Translations under genes and position numbers: made by a program
Assembly: GCA_010093605.1 (NCBI GenBank)
Contig: MU004187.1
Coordinates: 186,001 to 250,000 of the forward strand
Length of the DNA: 64,000 nucleotides
Origin: Lophium mytilinum
Taxonomy: Eukaryota
Reading direction: 5' to 3'
Shown: one piece after another, positions 49,133 through 62,066 of the stretch
Layout: every line of letters begins with the position of its first letter
How positions within the stretch are numbered: position 1 is the first letter of the stretch
Notes under the pieces: generated by a model
Told to the model about the DNA's origin: nothing
Databases searched by the model: none
The model's input: only the letters and a program-made list of their open reading frames with translations

Positions 49133-51740
49133 ATGGCCGCCCAATCTACCCTCCGGCATAGCGAGGACCCTCTGCGTGCCCTGTTTGCCCACTACTCCGG
49201 CATCCTACGCTCACGCGTCAAGCATGCCTCGAAGGTCACCAAGCTTCTCTCCACCCTCGCCCTCCTCGTTTCCATAATCGGTGCCGGGTATGGAGGGAAC
49301 AACTGGTGGAAGATTCGTCGGAAAGAGAAGGAAACGGGTCGACGATTGCTGCGGCGTAACTCTGGATTAAGAGGCAAAGACGGCTCCCGGACCATATACG
49401 TGCCGTATCGCGATGCCACCTCCAAAGTCACGATCCATCCCACGAAGCCGACCACCTTCGATGCCCATCGGCGACTCTTTCTGCAGCCGCCGCGTGCAGC
49501 GGGTTTGGGCGATGGAACTGCACCGCAGGTCCCACCACCGCAGACGAAGCCAGGGTTGAACCTCGCCTTCCTGCACCAGTTCCTAAGCCTCCTCAATATC
49601 ATGATACCGCGATGGAGTAGTAAAGAAACGGGACTGCTGCTGAGTCATGGTGTCTTTCTGATGCTGCGGACATACCTCTCGCTGGTTGTTGCTCGCCTAG
49701 ACGGTGAGATTGTCCGGGATTTAGTAGCAGGAAACGGCAAAGCCTTCCTCTGGGGTATCGTAAAATGGTGTGGCATCGGCAGCTTTGCATCCTACACAAA
49801 CGCTATGATCAAGTTCCTACAGTCGAAGGTCTCGATTGCGTTCCGGACTAGACTCACGCGATATATTCACGACCTCTACCTGAATGACCATCTCAATTAC
49901 TACAAGCTCAACAACCTGGATGGAGGGATCGGACAAGGCGCAGATCAGTTCATAACTCAGGATCTGACGCTCTTTTGTCAATCCGCCGCATCGCTTTATT
50001 CGTCACTTGGAAAGCCATTCGTCGATTTATGCGTATTCAACTACCAGCTATACCTATCACTAGGCCCCATCGCACTGAGTGGGCTCGTGGCAAATTACTT
50101 CTTGACCGCAACCATTCTCCGAAGACTATCTCCGCCCTTTGGCAAATTAAAGGCTGTGGAAGGGCGACGCGAGGGTGACTTCCGAGCTTTGCATTCTCGT
50201 CTTATCGCAAACGCTGAAGAAGTGGCTTTCTATGGTGGAGATCAGATGGAAAGACACTTCTTGGATAAGGGATTCCGAGAACTCAAGCACTGGATGGAGG
50301 GAATATACAGCCTTAAGATACGATACAATATGCTGGAGGATTTCGTACTCAAATACAGGTTCGTATGGTCAGATTGTATGATATGGACCATACTAACATC
50401 TTTGCAGCTGGTCCGCGTTTGGCTACTTCATAACATCTCTACCAGTGTTTCTGCCTGCGTGGGGCGGAGTTGCGAAGGCTTTAGAGTCAGTCGACATTGG
50501 GGAAAAACAAGGCCGCGAAAGAAACAGAATGAAAGATTTCATCACAAACAAGCGGCTAATGCTTTCACTAGCTGATGCGGGCGGCCGAATGATGTACTCG
50601 ATCAAGGATCTTTCTGAGCTGGCTGGGTACACGTCGCGTGTGTACACTTTGATCAGCACTCTTCATCGCGTCCATGCCGACGCGTACTTCCCTCCTCCCG
50701 GCTCGCGTCCCGAGCTATACTCTCTGTCCGACGTCCAAGGCACTATCCACAAAGGCTTCGATGGCGTCAGACTTGAACACGTGCCTGTGGTAGCTCCAGG
50801 ATTATATCCTATGGGCGGAGACGAACTCATTGAATCACTCTCATTCATTGTTCATACCGGTGAACATCTCCTCATTACTGGCCCGAATGGCGTTGGCAAA
50901 AGTGCCGTTTCTCGCATAGTTGCTGGACTTTGGCCGACTTACCGAGGTCTCGTGAGCCGGCCTCGATCCGTGGGTACAGATGGCATCATGTTCCTCCCGC
51001 AGCGACCCTATCTCAGTACTGGAACTCTGAGGGATCAGGTCATCTACCCTCATACCGAGGTAGATATGAAGGATGCGCAGAGGCGTGACTTTGAGCTGAG
51101 TGGGGTGCTTGAAGAAGCTCGGTTGGGTTATCTACCCGATCGCGAAGGTGGCTGGGATACCCGGAAAGACTGGAAAGACGTCTTGAGTGGAGGTGAGAAG
51201 CAACGTATGGGCATCGCGCGGCTCTTGTACCATGAGCCACGCTACGCTTTTGTGGATGAGGGTACTAGTGCTGTCAGCAGCGATGTTGAAGGTCTGCTTT
51301 ACGAGCGGGCTAAAGCAAAGGGCATCAGTAAGTTTTGGTTTTCTCTCGCTTTGCTTGAGAATACTAACATGATCTCAGCTCTCATCACGATATCTACGCG
51401 CGCATCACTCAAACGATATCACACGTACACCCTGACTCTCGGCATAGGCGAGACAGGAGAAGAATGGGACTTGCAACGTATTGGTACAGAAAGCGAAAAG
51501 TCATCAGTGGAAAAAGAGTTGGCTGAATTGCGCGAAAGACTCGCCAAGGTTGAAGAGTGGAAGCAGAGGAGACAAGAAATCGAGGATGAGCTAAACAAAG
51601 TCTGGGTTGAAGGCGGCGAGAGCTTGCCTCCACCTCCATATGTCGAGAACACCCCGGATGAGGAAGACGTCGCCCCGAAGACAACACCTAGTGACGGAAA
51701 CACGCCTCCGATCGAAAGCATTGATGCCATTGAGGAATAG
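49133..51740 (+). CDS. PXA1: Peroxisomal ABCD half-transporter (Pxa1 type)
   Basis: EAA motif (ANAEEVAFYGG), Walker A GPNGVGKS, LSGGEKQR and VDEGTSAVS. Introns ~50359-50408 and 51328-51378. The Pxa1 versus Pxa2 assignment is from recall. Confidence 0.88.
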
Positions 51741-51941
51741 GAACATCAATGATACCCCAAAATCAAGACGGGATAATCACGAACGTCTTCGCAAGACAAC
51801 GCGTCCCCGTATCGCCACACTCACATACTCGAACCATTTGAGATCATTCGGCAGAAAGACAACTTGAATATACTAAACACGATACCAAAGATTACAAACC
51901 TTCTCGACGTATGAAGCCATGGCATCAAAGCGTGCTCAAAG

Positions 51942-52780
51942 CTACTTAGGTCCAGCGTAATGCAATTCCTTCGGCATTCCCCACTTATCAAACGTCGCAA
52001 ATTTCCAGTACCCGGGATTCCAGTAGGTGAAGAGATGCATGATCACCAATTTGGCGATCTTTGGGGCTGGCGGAAATGCAGCATGCATTCCGTTCTCGTA
52101 CGTGACATCGTCGTTGCAGAAGAAGAGCCGCAAACCATGGAACTTACTTAACGAACACATGGCCCTCTTCCCGTCTTCGTCCATGAGCTTGAGCATATCG
52201 AGCCTATCCCCGTACTGCGCCAGGTTCAGGATCGTCGGAATCTCGTCGGTGAGATGCTCGATTAGGACGTCTTTGAATGAATCCATCCTATCGACCAAAG
52301 TCTGACCAGCGAATTTGTATTCTCGCCCTTAAAGGCTGCGCAAGTAGGCCGCGAAGCTCTCGAGGCCGCCGTGGAAGACCGCTGCATCCATCACATCAGC
52401 TCTTGGCACCCTTCTTCATGGACAGGAGCAGATCATCGCTCACCATGCTGCTTGACATTTGCGTCCATCAACCCCGTTTCCCCAACCTGCGCCTCAATAC
52501 GTGGAAACAAAAAGTCTTCCTCGCCGTCATGGTGTGCGTTCAGCAGCTCATACCACGCTAGACTATACCCGATGAAGTTCTCGTAATCGTGCGGCTGCAC
52601 GCGTGGCGCTTGGAGATAGATACTATTCAAACCACGGATGACGCTGTTATGGACGAGAGCCATGCCGGAAGCCACTTTGGTGAACTGGTCTATTGCCCCG
52701 GTTTGGAAGAGAGGCGTTGGAAGGAGTGCGAGGGGACCGTTGACCACCCAGCTATACTGCGCTTTTGGTTTGCTGGACAT
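51942..52780 (-). pseudogene. Hemerythrin HHE-domain protein with in-frame TAA (52329-52331)
   Basis: MALVHNSVIRGLNSIYLQA, HHDGEE..LFP, QH|..FH and HLTDEI motifs. Exon 2 reads AAYLRSL*GREYKF. Confidence 0.8.
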
Positions 52781-53880
52781 GTTGCGTTGATCGTCTGTAC
52801 TTTTCGACGTCGGTAGTAAAGTAGACGTTCAAGCCCACCTAAAGATGTAAGACCGTATGTTGTAAAATCATGGGAAATATAGATGCAGCTGAACCGCGCT
52901 GGTTGGATACCGTATACATACAGCCTATCCACTAATCACTCTTTATATCCTCCACCTTACTCCACAGTAACGTCCACCTCCGCTCCGCAACCCACAAATA
53001 AGCTAGTCCAGAACCTTGCCAAGCATCGTCGTCAAAGAACGCAGCCACACAAAGCCCTGATTGGCCCCAAGCCCCCTCTTTCACAGCCCTAAGCACACGT
53101 GGAAATCGCATCCGGCGAATTAGAACGCCAGTATAGTTCCTGCAGTACTCTGCAATATCGCACCTAGTTACTCCTAACAATGTCTTCTCTGCCCCTGAAC
53201 TCAAGGTTGGGGATATTTTTCCCAAGAACGTGGACAGCACTCGCTCCTGAAAAATCCAGGCCCACTCGTGCATAGGACAGATCTATATCGTATCGTGTCT
53301 GCCCCCGTTTGAAATTGGGTGCATATACGGGAAGTCTGCAACGGCAAATGTGGATGGTAACGTGGTTCAAATCGCCTGTTATAACAAAGACACAAGCGAT
53401 AGGGTAAAGAGAGGGGAATGGGGTATACTTTAGATTAGTAAGTCAACAGGCTACATTGCTCTCCTTTTCTTGGTGGTCCAGATTGATAGTTTCGCTCCAT
53501 TGTTCTCAAGAAAAGAGCCACTGAGCAGAATCACTACTTTCTCACAGAGTTACAAGCTAACTAGCCACGGATTGCGCACAGAGATGGGCAGGTTCATGTA
53601 ACCTTCGAATTTGGCTGCGCAGATATTTTGCGGTACGACGTATCATCATATGTTCATTCAGCAGAATCATGTTTGCAATTCAAGAGTCTGCATTTCATAC
53701 ATAAAGCCATCCAAAGGCGAAGAGTTCCATCATACAAGTGAGCTAAGACTTGCTATTTCCTCAATTGATGACTTCCACACCATTCCACTCCTCTCCCCAG
53801 CTTATCAACGAGAGTATCGACAAGCCGTGACCTGCTCCGCTGACACCGGGCACCCAACGGATTAAAGGCAACGTCTGTGC

Positions 53881-55344
53881 CTAAATCTTCGGATGATACT
53901 TGTACCCAGGGTACTGATTGAACTTGCTCTGATCAAACGTGAGCAGAGCAGGGCAGTTGAGCGCACTCGTGACGGGGTTGATGGCATTGTTGACGAGATT
54001 TAGAATTGGCGTGAGTACACTAGCAACGAGTCCGCTCAAAACACCAGGGATAGCCTGTTGCGCGGCTTGGAAAGCAAAACAAGCTGCGTTGTTGCCCTGG
54101 AGGAGAGTCTGCGCGTTGTAAACTCCACCCGTGACGTTACCGAGATCCACGCCGGTGAAGGAGTTGACGGTGCCGGTGTTGCCGCCGACTTCGACGATGT
54201 CCGGGTACTTTGTTGCGAGGATGGCGACATCAGCCTAGAGATGTGTTAGTGACATGAATGATGAGAGGGGAGCAGGATGGCTTACGGCTGCAGCAACAGC
54301 GCCATATGGGTTCGTCAATGGGCGGCGGTACCAGTTAAGTGGTATGCGTTCCTGGCCCTTGTTGTAGACGAGTGCGTTGTCCGGCCCTGAAATGGCGAAG
54401 AACGACTTCAGAACTGCCTTTGTGAGAAACCCATTTGGCCTTTCGGCGGAGTGGTTTGACATCAAGTTGACGACGAAATGATGGGCGATTGGAGGAACCA
54501 GACCAGCGAACGGGGCCGAGAAGAAGTAAGGGTTGTTCTGAATGGAGAAGTCATGGACCTCCTTGTTGTGATTGCGGAGGATGTCAAGGGTGAACTCTCC
54601 GTCGGCATTGGCGGTCTTGTAGAGCGAGTCAAATTTGGAAAGGATCAAGCTAGACGCGTCGCCGTTGTTGAGATAGGCGTCAGACTGTCATCATGTCAAT
54701 ATCTCACCCAGTCTATTACTCTGGTTTAACTTACCCTTGTGGGAGAAGCATCACTCTCGTAGGAGTTATGCGAATGCGAAATTCCCTCCGGATTGGTTAT
54801 CACACCGCCCAGCAGCGCTGGAGTGTAGCTACCCCCGACTGACCATGTCTGGCCTGTGGGATCACCAGTCAACGCAATTGCAATGGCGCTCAGAGCAGCT
54901 GCAAATTCTGGTCCAAATCCGTACGCTTTACCCAGCCCATCAATCGCTACCGATAATTAGCCAACGAACAGTGTCGCGATTTAAGAGTCACTTACTGGTC
55001 TGAACTGTAGTGATTCCCGTGCGGGGAAGAAATCCATGGTTTGCTGCAGCGTTAAGTCCCGGGCATGGCCCACGCTTTGAGTAAATCAGCATAGTTCCAT
55101 GGCTATTTGACTGAACATAACGAACCAAATCATTCGGGCCTGGAGACTGGAACTCGTTGGTAGTACCCGGGCGGACGTCAACAAATTGCGCGCCAGCATC
55201 AAAGGTAAGACTGTCAATAGGACCAGAATTGCCCTCGTCGGCAGAGAGTGGCAGTGCACGCTTGTGAAGGTGTGCCATCGGGCAACCCGGAGCCGGGGCA
55301 GCGAGGGCAGTAGATGCCAAAAGAAGAAGGTTAAAAAGCTTCAT
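53881..55344 (-). CDS. Secreted heme-thiolate peroxidase / unspecific peroxygenase, multi-exon
   Basis: Signal peptide, RGPCPGLNAAANHGFLP, SHSHNSYESDASPTR, NPYFF, MSNHS and ERIP.NWYRRP. Confidence 0.9.
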
Positions 55345-57948
55345 GATGACGAGGATAGGATGGTTTGACGAGAGAATCTGTGAGTAGAAGGTATTTTTGA
55401 TGCCTGCGTCGTATCCCTTTTATACCCACTCCCGTGAAATGGAATAGCATCGTCATATCAACATTCAGGTATGCTCAACAGCGCCAGGTTTACTCCACTG
55501 TAGGCTCTACTGCAAGCACTGAGAGAAGCGAGGTCGCCGAGGTCAAGAAGACAAAAGGGAACAAGATCTTCTCTGCTGCAGAGATGCTAGTTCTAGCTGC
55601 TGATTCTGCAACCTTGATTTGGAAGCCACTATGCAGCCATAGATCTCGGAGGCTACTCCAGCCTAGCGATTGGGCAATTCAGAACTTGACTTGGAATAAA
55701 CAAATGCATGTACGGTGGGCTGACAAATATTGCACCATGGCGGGAATTGACGAGGATGTGGAGGTGCTTAAGCCACAATACCTCTAAGGTTCTCAGAGCC
55801 CAATAGAAGGAAAGGATTAGCAAGTAACAGATGTTGCTGGGAAGGAAAAGGGGGTACTTTGGATTGACGAAACCTATGCACCGATTGCAACATTCTCGAA
55901 GCTGGCGGCTGATGATTAGACTAGAAAGCCACTATCATCACCGAAGCTACGAAACTGGCCCACGTATTTCTTGTTTGCACCCAGGATTTAGTCGGTACAG
56001 GCTCACCCAGCGGTCAACGAAGGAACTCCCGAGCTCGTTTTGAACATCATCTGTAGTTCTCAGTAAAGCCAAAGGTCGAAGGGCGACAGTATGTATGGGG
56101 TGTAGGTTCGACAGGTAAATCTTTTGCCCCCCTGCAGCTTTCTAGAAAGAATCCCATGGGCGTCAAACAGGGTGGTCCCCAGCACTAGCTCTTACAAGTA
56201 CGTAGGACCGGCGACAAGAGCGCAACACAAGGCAGCTCGGCATTTCAAAAGTTGAAAATAAAACATGGCTATTGACGTGGCGTGGGGATTGGCTTGACGC
56301 CAACACGATTTAGCTGATATGACTCTTTGCTGATTGGTTAGGGGAAGTTCATCTAACTTAACCTTAAGGTTCGAACTTAAGGTTGAGATAGCGTGACGAC
56401 CCTGCCGTCCGGAAGTTTACCGGGAGCACAGGGATGTATTATTCTCATGTATCGCCCAATCCAGTTCATAAGGCCCTGTAAGGTCCAGACCATGTCGGAG
56501 ACAATTCCGCTGCCTATCACTCTATTCGAAGGACCTGAAGATCCGGCAACACGGCGATATAGCAGGGTATGCTCCAGCCGACAATGGATCGGTCCTCACA
56601 GCCCTGGTCTCGGGCCAATACAAAGTGCAGACGGGCCGCTGATCATCCCGCAGGTCAGGTCTGGCTGGCGATGGACAAGGGGTGGCGAGCAACCCGCTTG
56701 ACTGGATGATGAGGGTGTGGACTGCCGTGCATGGCACTATTGAGAATGACAGAACTAGATTGGACGGACGGAGAGGACTGCTCTCGAAAGAGTTGAAAAA
56801 ATGAAAAGAGCAATAATTGCGAATGCGGAGGGCCGCCTTGACCTACGCCAGCCCAGCACGCCATGATATCGTGATCGAGTCGAGCCAACGACGATGCAGC
56901 CATTACCACCAAACTGTTGCCATAAATTGATCGTGCAGCAATGACGAAGTGGCTATTTCCATCAGCTCTTGATCTCGGAGACAATTGCATCCGCGACGCG
57001 GGACAGATTCGATCGGCGGGAGATCGCGACTTTGAGGCTGAGATGGCGCCTTACGTTGGGTGTCACGGGAATTAAAAAGAAAGCATGAAGCCAGGTGCCG
57101 TTCTAGTACCACCATTAGCAATGAAATAGACACATAACCTGGATGCCACCTGAGCTATGAGAATGGAGCATCGAGGACCCAAATTCCAAAAGAAAGAAGA
57201 TCTGAACGTTTCACACACCTTTCCCGATCTAGCCCCCCGTCTTCGCTCTGGCGGCTTTCGGAGAAGGACTCACAGACTTCGCGTTTTAGAGGCCAGCGGT
57301 GACAGTCGCACTTCGTCCTGTGACAGCGTCATGACAATCTACGGTAGTTCTAAGTTGATGATAGTTCTAGGAAGTTACATATAATCAAGTAGTAGCGGCC
57401 AGAGACCCGGGGATGCCATCTCTGCCGCGACATAGCTTGAATCACCGAAGACGTGAGTAGGTATCTCCCCAACTTCTACTGTCATTAATGTGAGAATATG
57501 GAAAGTGGGTGAGTTCGGCCGGAGGTGGTCGCGGTGTTGAGGTTCCGATTAGTCATTGCAGCGCTCACGTGATCTATATACAAGGCGTTTGTAGTAAGTA
57601 AGGCTTAGGTCTTTTCAGACCCATACGAAAGCTTCATGAATAATCTTGCCTAGTTAGGTAAGAGGAATTGTGGGACAGACGGTGCCTGAACTCAGGAACG
57701 TATCCCCTCACGTGGCCTTCAGCATGAACGTTGTGCCTCAGCACCTTCCTTCGTTTTGCTAGGAAAGATGTTAGTGTTGTGGAAAAGCAGAGAAACTGGC
57801 GTTGAGCTCGTGTGCTCATAGTATGCCATTTACCACGGGTGAGGTCTATTCGTAATGCTGCCAGTTGCGCAAGCCTCGTAGCCATCATCTCCAAGCTCTC
57901 CCTCCATACGGTCCTCGCTGTCTGCTACCTTTTGAGAGACAGCCTTCG

Positions 57949-58937
57949 CTACTTGAGGCAAGCAACAACGGCGGCGATTGCGGCAAGCGTCCCGTCCGGA
58001 TCCTTCACACGCACTGTCTCCAGACCAAGCTCCTTCGCAGGGTAATCATTGCCGCCAGGGAATATAGCATCCCCAATGAACATCATATGCTCGAGTGGGA
58101 TACCGCTCGCATCGCGCAGCTTCTTGAGGCCGTATCCCTTATCGACGCCTTTCTGCGTGATGTCAATCGAAGTCGCGCCGCCCATATTGATGGACAGGTC
58201 AGGCAGTCGCGTGTGCAAATCCGCCTGTATCACCTTGCGCTTGGCGAAATCAGGATCCCAAATCTCCTTGGCCGCGACTGGTGCCTCCTGGCCGAGCGCA
58301 GAGAAGGTAATCTGGCTGCCGCGGTCCTCAATACGCTCGCCCCAGGTCTGCTCTGGTTTGAAGCCGGTCGCCTCGAGCGAGGCCTCAAAGGCCGCAATGA
58401 TCTTTTTCCTCTCATCGTCGTTGAACAGCTCTGCATAAACCGCCTGCCAGTCGGCATTCTTGTGCGTGTAGAGCTTAGTACCAGTGGTTGGCATTAGCCA
58501 CAGCTTCGAAAGATCTGCGCGTGCTGGTAGGCGGCTTGCGACCTGCTTCCTGAATTGAGACCAATCGCCACCAAAGACTTAAGGTATGCGTTAGCAGTAT
58601 TCACAGAAGATGGGAGTTAGTGGCACTAGTGATCATCAAGGTTCCTTGTGCTTCAATTGCTGATCAAACGTGTTGTAGATACCGCTGGTATTTCAAGTAG
58701 ACTTGTCTAGATGCCACGCGGATGTAGGAGCAGCATTCCACAGTGCAGCATTGACAATTTGAAAAGAAAGGTACGAGAGGTACCAAGAAGTCTACTATGA
58801 ATACTGGAACCGTACTTACTTACCGCCACGTTAGCAACGGCCAGGAGATCGGCCAATGCCTCGCCCATCGTGTCTTTTAAGGGCTGCTTGCTCTCGGCAA
58901 GAGTTCCATCGAGGTCAAAAGCGACAAGGGCGATCAC
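57949..58937 (-). CDS. Bacterial-type HAD-IIB (phosphomannomutase-like) hydrolase, 2 exons, possibly pseudogenised
   Basis: AFDLDGTLAESKQ, IEDRGSQITFSALGQ, GGATSIDIT..GVDK and GDAIFPGGNDYP. Intron 58578-58819. GTG at the expected start. Confidence 0.85.
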
Positions 58938-59423
58938 GATTCCACTCTGTGTGCGTAGTACGACAGAGTGGAGGTGTGTTTGTGGGCTTTCAGTTTGAAG
59001 TTCGAGAGAAAATGATTGTGATCGCTGTTGACACGTTCGTGTTATTCTAGGCTATGCGCTAAACTTCAATTGGATGCATCATTGGTTGATGAATTAGAAA
59101 AGCAGTGAACATTTCCACTTCAGGTCACATGAATCTAACTTCGAGCCTATTACCAGCCACTGCTTCCCGTCTGCTACTGAACATTTCATAGGCTCATGTT
59201 AACAGAGTTGGCCGCCGCATATTGCTTACGCAGGCGCTCCCAGGGCACTTAGTATATAATCATGCCATGGACCGGGAGACAATTTTCGGTAGGCACATAC
59301 TGATCATATGATGCTTTAAGAGAAGATGATTTCACCTGGTTGAGACGTAGAGAGGCTCTTCGGGTATCATTATTAGAGTTCATGTCAACTACAGGAAGCG
59401 TAGTTGCCGACTTCTGGAGCTCT

Positions 59424-60736
59424 CTAAAGCTGGAACCTCGTCCGGACTTTCTCCATTCTCGATTTCCACTCCCACTCCTGGCCGCTTGCTCGTTGGATGT
59501 TCCTGTCTACCCTCCTCAATTTCTATGGCATGTTAGTCAATCTGGCGAAGACGTGAGGTTAAGTGAAATACTGACCAGTGTGAATCTCGGTCCCAGCTCC
59601 TGGAGCCCTGCTCTTATCTCTTCTGCTCCTTTCATTGGCTTGCCGTCCTTGTCGAGTATCGACTTCTCTGAGGCTCTTTTATCCCGAAACACGTATCGAT
59701 GCCGCCGTACAAAGATGTAATCGCGCTGATTATGAAGCGTTACGACCTGCCTTCCTTGAACTTCTGGCTGTGGCGGGAAGATAGTCTTGAAAAGATGCGC
59801 TGTCAACAATCCAAGCGGCGTCCTGAAGTTGTTGAGGATGAGCTCGGGATAATGATTAGTCGGGTTGCCATGACCGGGGAGTTTCCGACCCTCGACCCAA
59901 TTTGAGATTGTGAAATGGAACATGGGGCCGGATGGTAGATGCACGATATCCAGACCCTCGGGTTTCTTCTGGTCCTCCATAAGTATGACCAAGGTGGTGT
60001 ATTCCCTGTTCGCAGCGAACTTGGCAATCTCGCGGACTGAATATTTGTGCGCGTTGAAGTGCGCTGTGCGTCTGATATAGTTACTATTAGGGAATAGACT
60101 GCAGACCAATTCGGCCTCGTAATGGAGGTTGCTGTTGATAGACGTCGTGACGAGGACTTTTGGATCCTTTTCTTGTGCTGCAAACAGCGTCGGGAACTTC
60201 GCCACTAAGCCCTCGGGTGTGAGATCCATATTTGTGCCCGTGGTGCTTGTCGGGCTTGTTGCGCGACGTGTGGGGCCTGCTTCCTTTTGCTTTCGTTTGC
60301 CCTTTGCATTGTCCTCGTCTGAAGAATCGTCCTTATCTTCGTCCTCGTCCAACATGCTATCCATGTCACTGTTATGCTCCTCAACCTCGTCCTCATCTTC
60401 TTCGTCTTCCAGCTCAGCTTCCTGCTCTTGTGCCTCAGTCTTCTGCCGTTTTATTCTGTCCACATCAACCGCAAGCCCCAATGCATCCTCTTCGTCTCCA
60501 CCAACTTGGTCCCACGTCCGCTTCTGATCAATTGTAATTGGTACATTCCGCGCTAGACGTTCCTCTTTCAGCTGTGGGTTCTTCTCTTCCTCTCGCCTCC
60601 TCCGGAACCTCTCATCCCGCTTGAGGCTGTCTCTGGCTTTTTTCTGCTTAACATGGAGTTCGTGGCGCTTCGTTTTATTGCCCGTCTTGAACGGTAGATG
60701 CGACTTGTCGGTCCGTACAGCCCTTGAGGATCCCAT
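59424..60736 (-). CDS. RPF1: Brix-domain ribosome biogenesis protein Rpf1
   Basis: HLPSGPMFHF, PELILNNFRTPLG, TLHNQRDYIFVRRHRY and LQELGPRFTL|KLR. Terminal intron at ~59524-59574. Confidence 0.9.
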
Positions 60737-61043
60737 CTTGAAGACTGGCACTGGTGGTGTGTGTAGGATGTGAATTAGTGATGAAGAGGGAAGTCGAAGG
60801 GTTATTTTTCGCGGGAAAAAGTGGGACCGAACTTTTCTCTTGGCAGTCCAAAATCTCAAGTCCAACCTCGTCGCATCCGCCGAAAAATTACAACCCCGAC
60901 AAGCACTCCACAACCCCTCTAAGTGTCTCAGGACTAAAAACCGAGTGTTATACCCAGCATACTCTCCCTTTCTATCACCTAAAACTAGAAGACAACCTCC
61001 CCACCACTCCACGGAGGTCCGCAAAATCCCCCAACCGCCCACC

Positions 61044-62066
61044 ATGCCCTCGACCTACAAAAAGGACAAACCGTGGGACACCGACGACATCGACAAATGG
61101 AAGGAAGATACCTTCAAGCCCGAAGACAACATCGGCGGCACCTTCGCCGAAGAATCCTCCTTCATGACCCTATTCCCCAAATACCGCGAAGTCTACCTCC
61201 GCACCGCCTGGCCGCTCATCACGCGCTCGCTCGAGAAATCCGGCATCGCCTGCACGCTCGATCTCGTCGAGGGCAGCATGACCGTCAAGACAACGCGGAA
61301 AACCTTCGACCCAGCCTCCATCCTCAACGCGCGCGACCTGATCAAGCTACTTGCACGGTCGGTGCCCGCGCCGCAGGCTGTGAAGATCTTGGAGGACGGC
61401 GTCGCGTGCGATATCATTAAGATTCGGAATCTGGTGCGGAACAAGGATCGCTTTGTCAAGCGGCGGCAGCGGATTCTGGGGCCGAATGGCTCGACGCTGA
61501 AGGCGTTGGAGCTGCTGACGGAGTGCTATATACTCGTGCAAGGGAATACGGTTTCTGCGATGGGCGGGTACAGGGGTCTGAAAACTGTGCGCCGTATCAT
61601 CGAGGACACGATGGCGAATATCCATCCCATCTACGCGATTAAGGAGCTCATGGTTCGGCAAGAGCTGGCCAAGGACCCAGAGCTGGTCGGCGAAAACTGG
61701 GATCGCTTCCTGCCGAACTTCAAAAAGCGCAGTCTGAGTAAGCGCCAGGTGCCGTTCAAGGTCTCGGATAAGAGCAAGAAGCCGTATACGCCGTTCCCAC
61801 CGCCACAGGAGAAGAGCAAGGTGGATCTGCAGATCGAGAGTGGAGAGTTCTTCTTGGGGAAGCAGGCCAAGGAGAGGAGGGCGCGTGAAGAGCGCGAGGA
61901 GAAGATGAAGGAGAAGATGGAGGCGAAGAAGGTGCAGAGGTTGCAGGAGTTTGTGCCGCCGGAAGAGGAGGGTGCTGTGAAAGAGAAGAAGCGGAAGAGA
62001 GCAGACGGGGAGGAGAAAAAGAAAAAGAAGAAAAAGAAGGCAGAGGTCGTGGAGGAGGAAGCGTGA
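61044..62066 (+). CDS. KRR1: 90S preribosome KH-domain protein Krr1
   Basis: [48 protein letters not shown] and WDRFLP. Confidence 0.97.
   Translation: MPSTYKKDKPWDTDDIDKWKEDTFKPEDNIGGTFAEESSFMTLFPKYREVYLRTAWPLITRSLEKSGIACTLDLVEGSMTVKTTRKTFDPASILNARDLIKLLARSVPAPQAVKILEDGVACDIIKIRNLVRNKDRFVKRRQRILGPNGSTLKALELLTECYILVQGNTVSAMGGYRGLKTVRRIIEDTMANIHPIYAIKELMVRQELAKDPELVGENWDRFLPNFKKRSLSKRQVPFKVSDKSKKPYTPFPPPQEKSKVDLQIESGEFFLGKQAKERRAREEREEKMKEKMEAKKVQRLQEFVPPEEEGAVKEKKRKRADGEEKKKKKKKKAEVVEEEA

Noticed and set aside
39573..52331. Premature TAAs as A-to-I editing-restored Trp codons or stop-codon reassignment
   Set aside because: The aligned residue in paralogs A and C is Lys, not Trp. TAA is the normal terminator of RPS5 and the AIM6-like gene here.
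60737..61045. Overlapping N-terminal extensions of RPF1 and KRR1 in the ORF track (likewise ESF2, PXA1, SED5)
   Set aside because: Conserved sequence starts at downstream ATGs; the extensions are open promoter/UTR frames.
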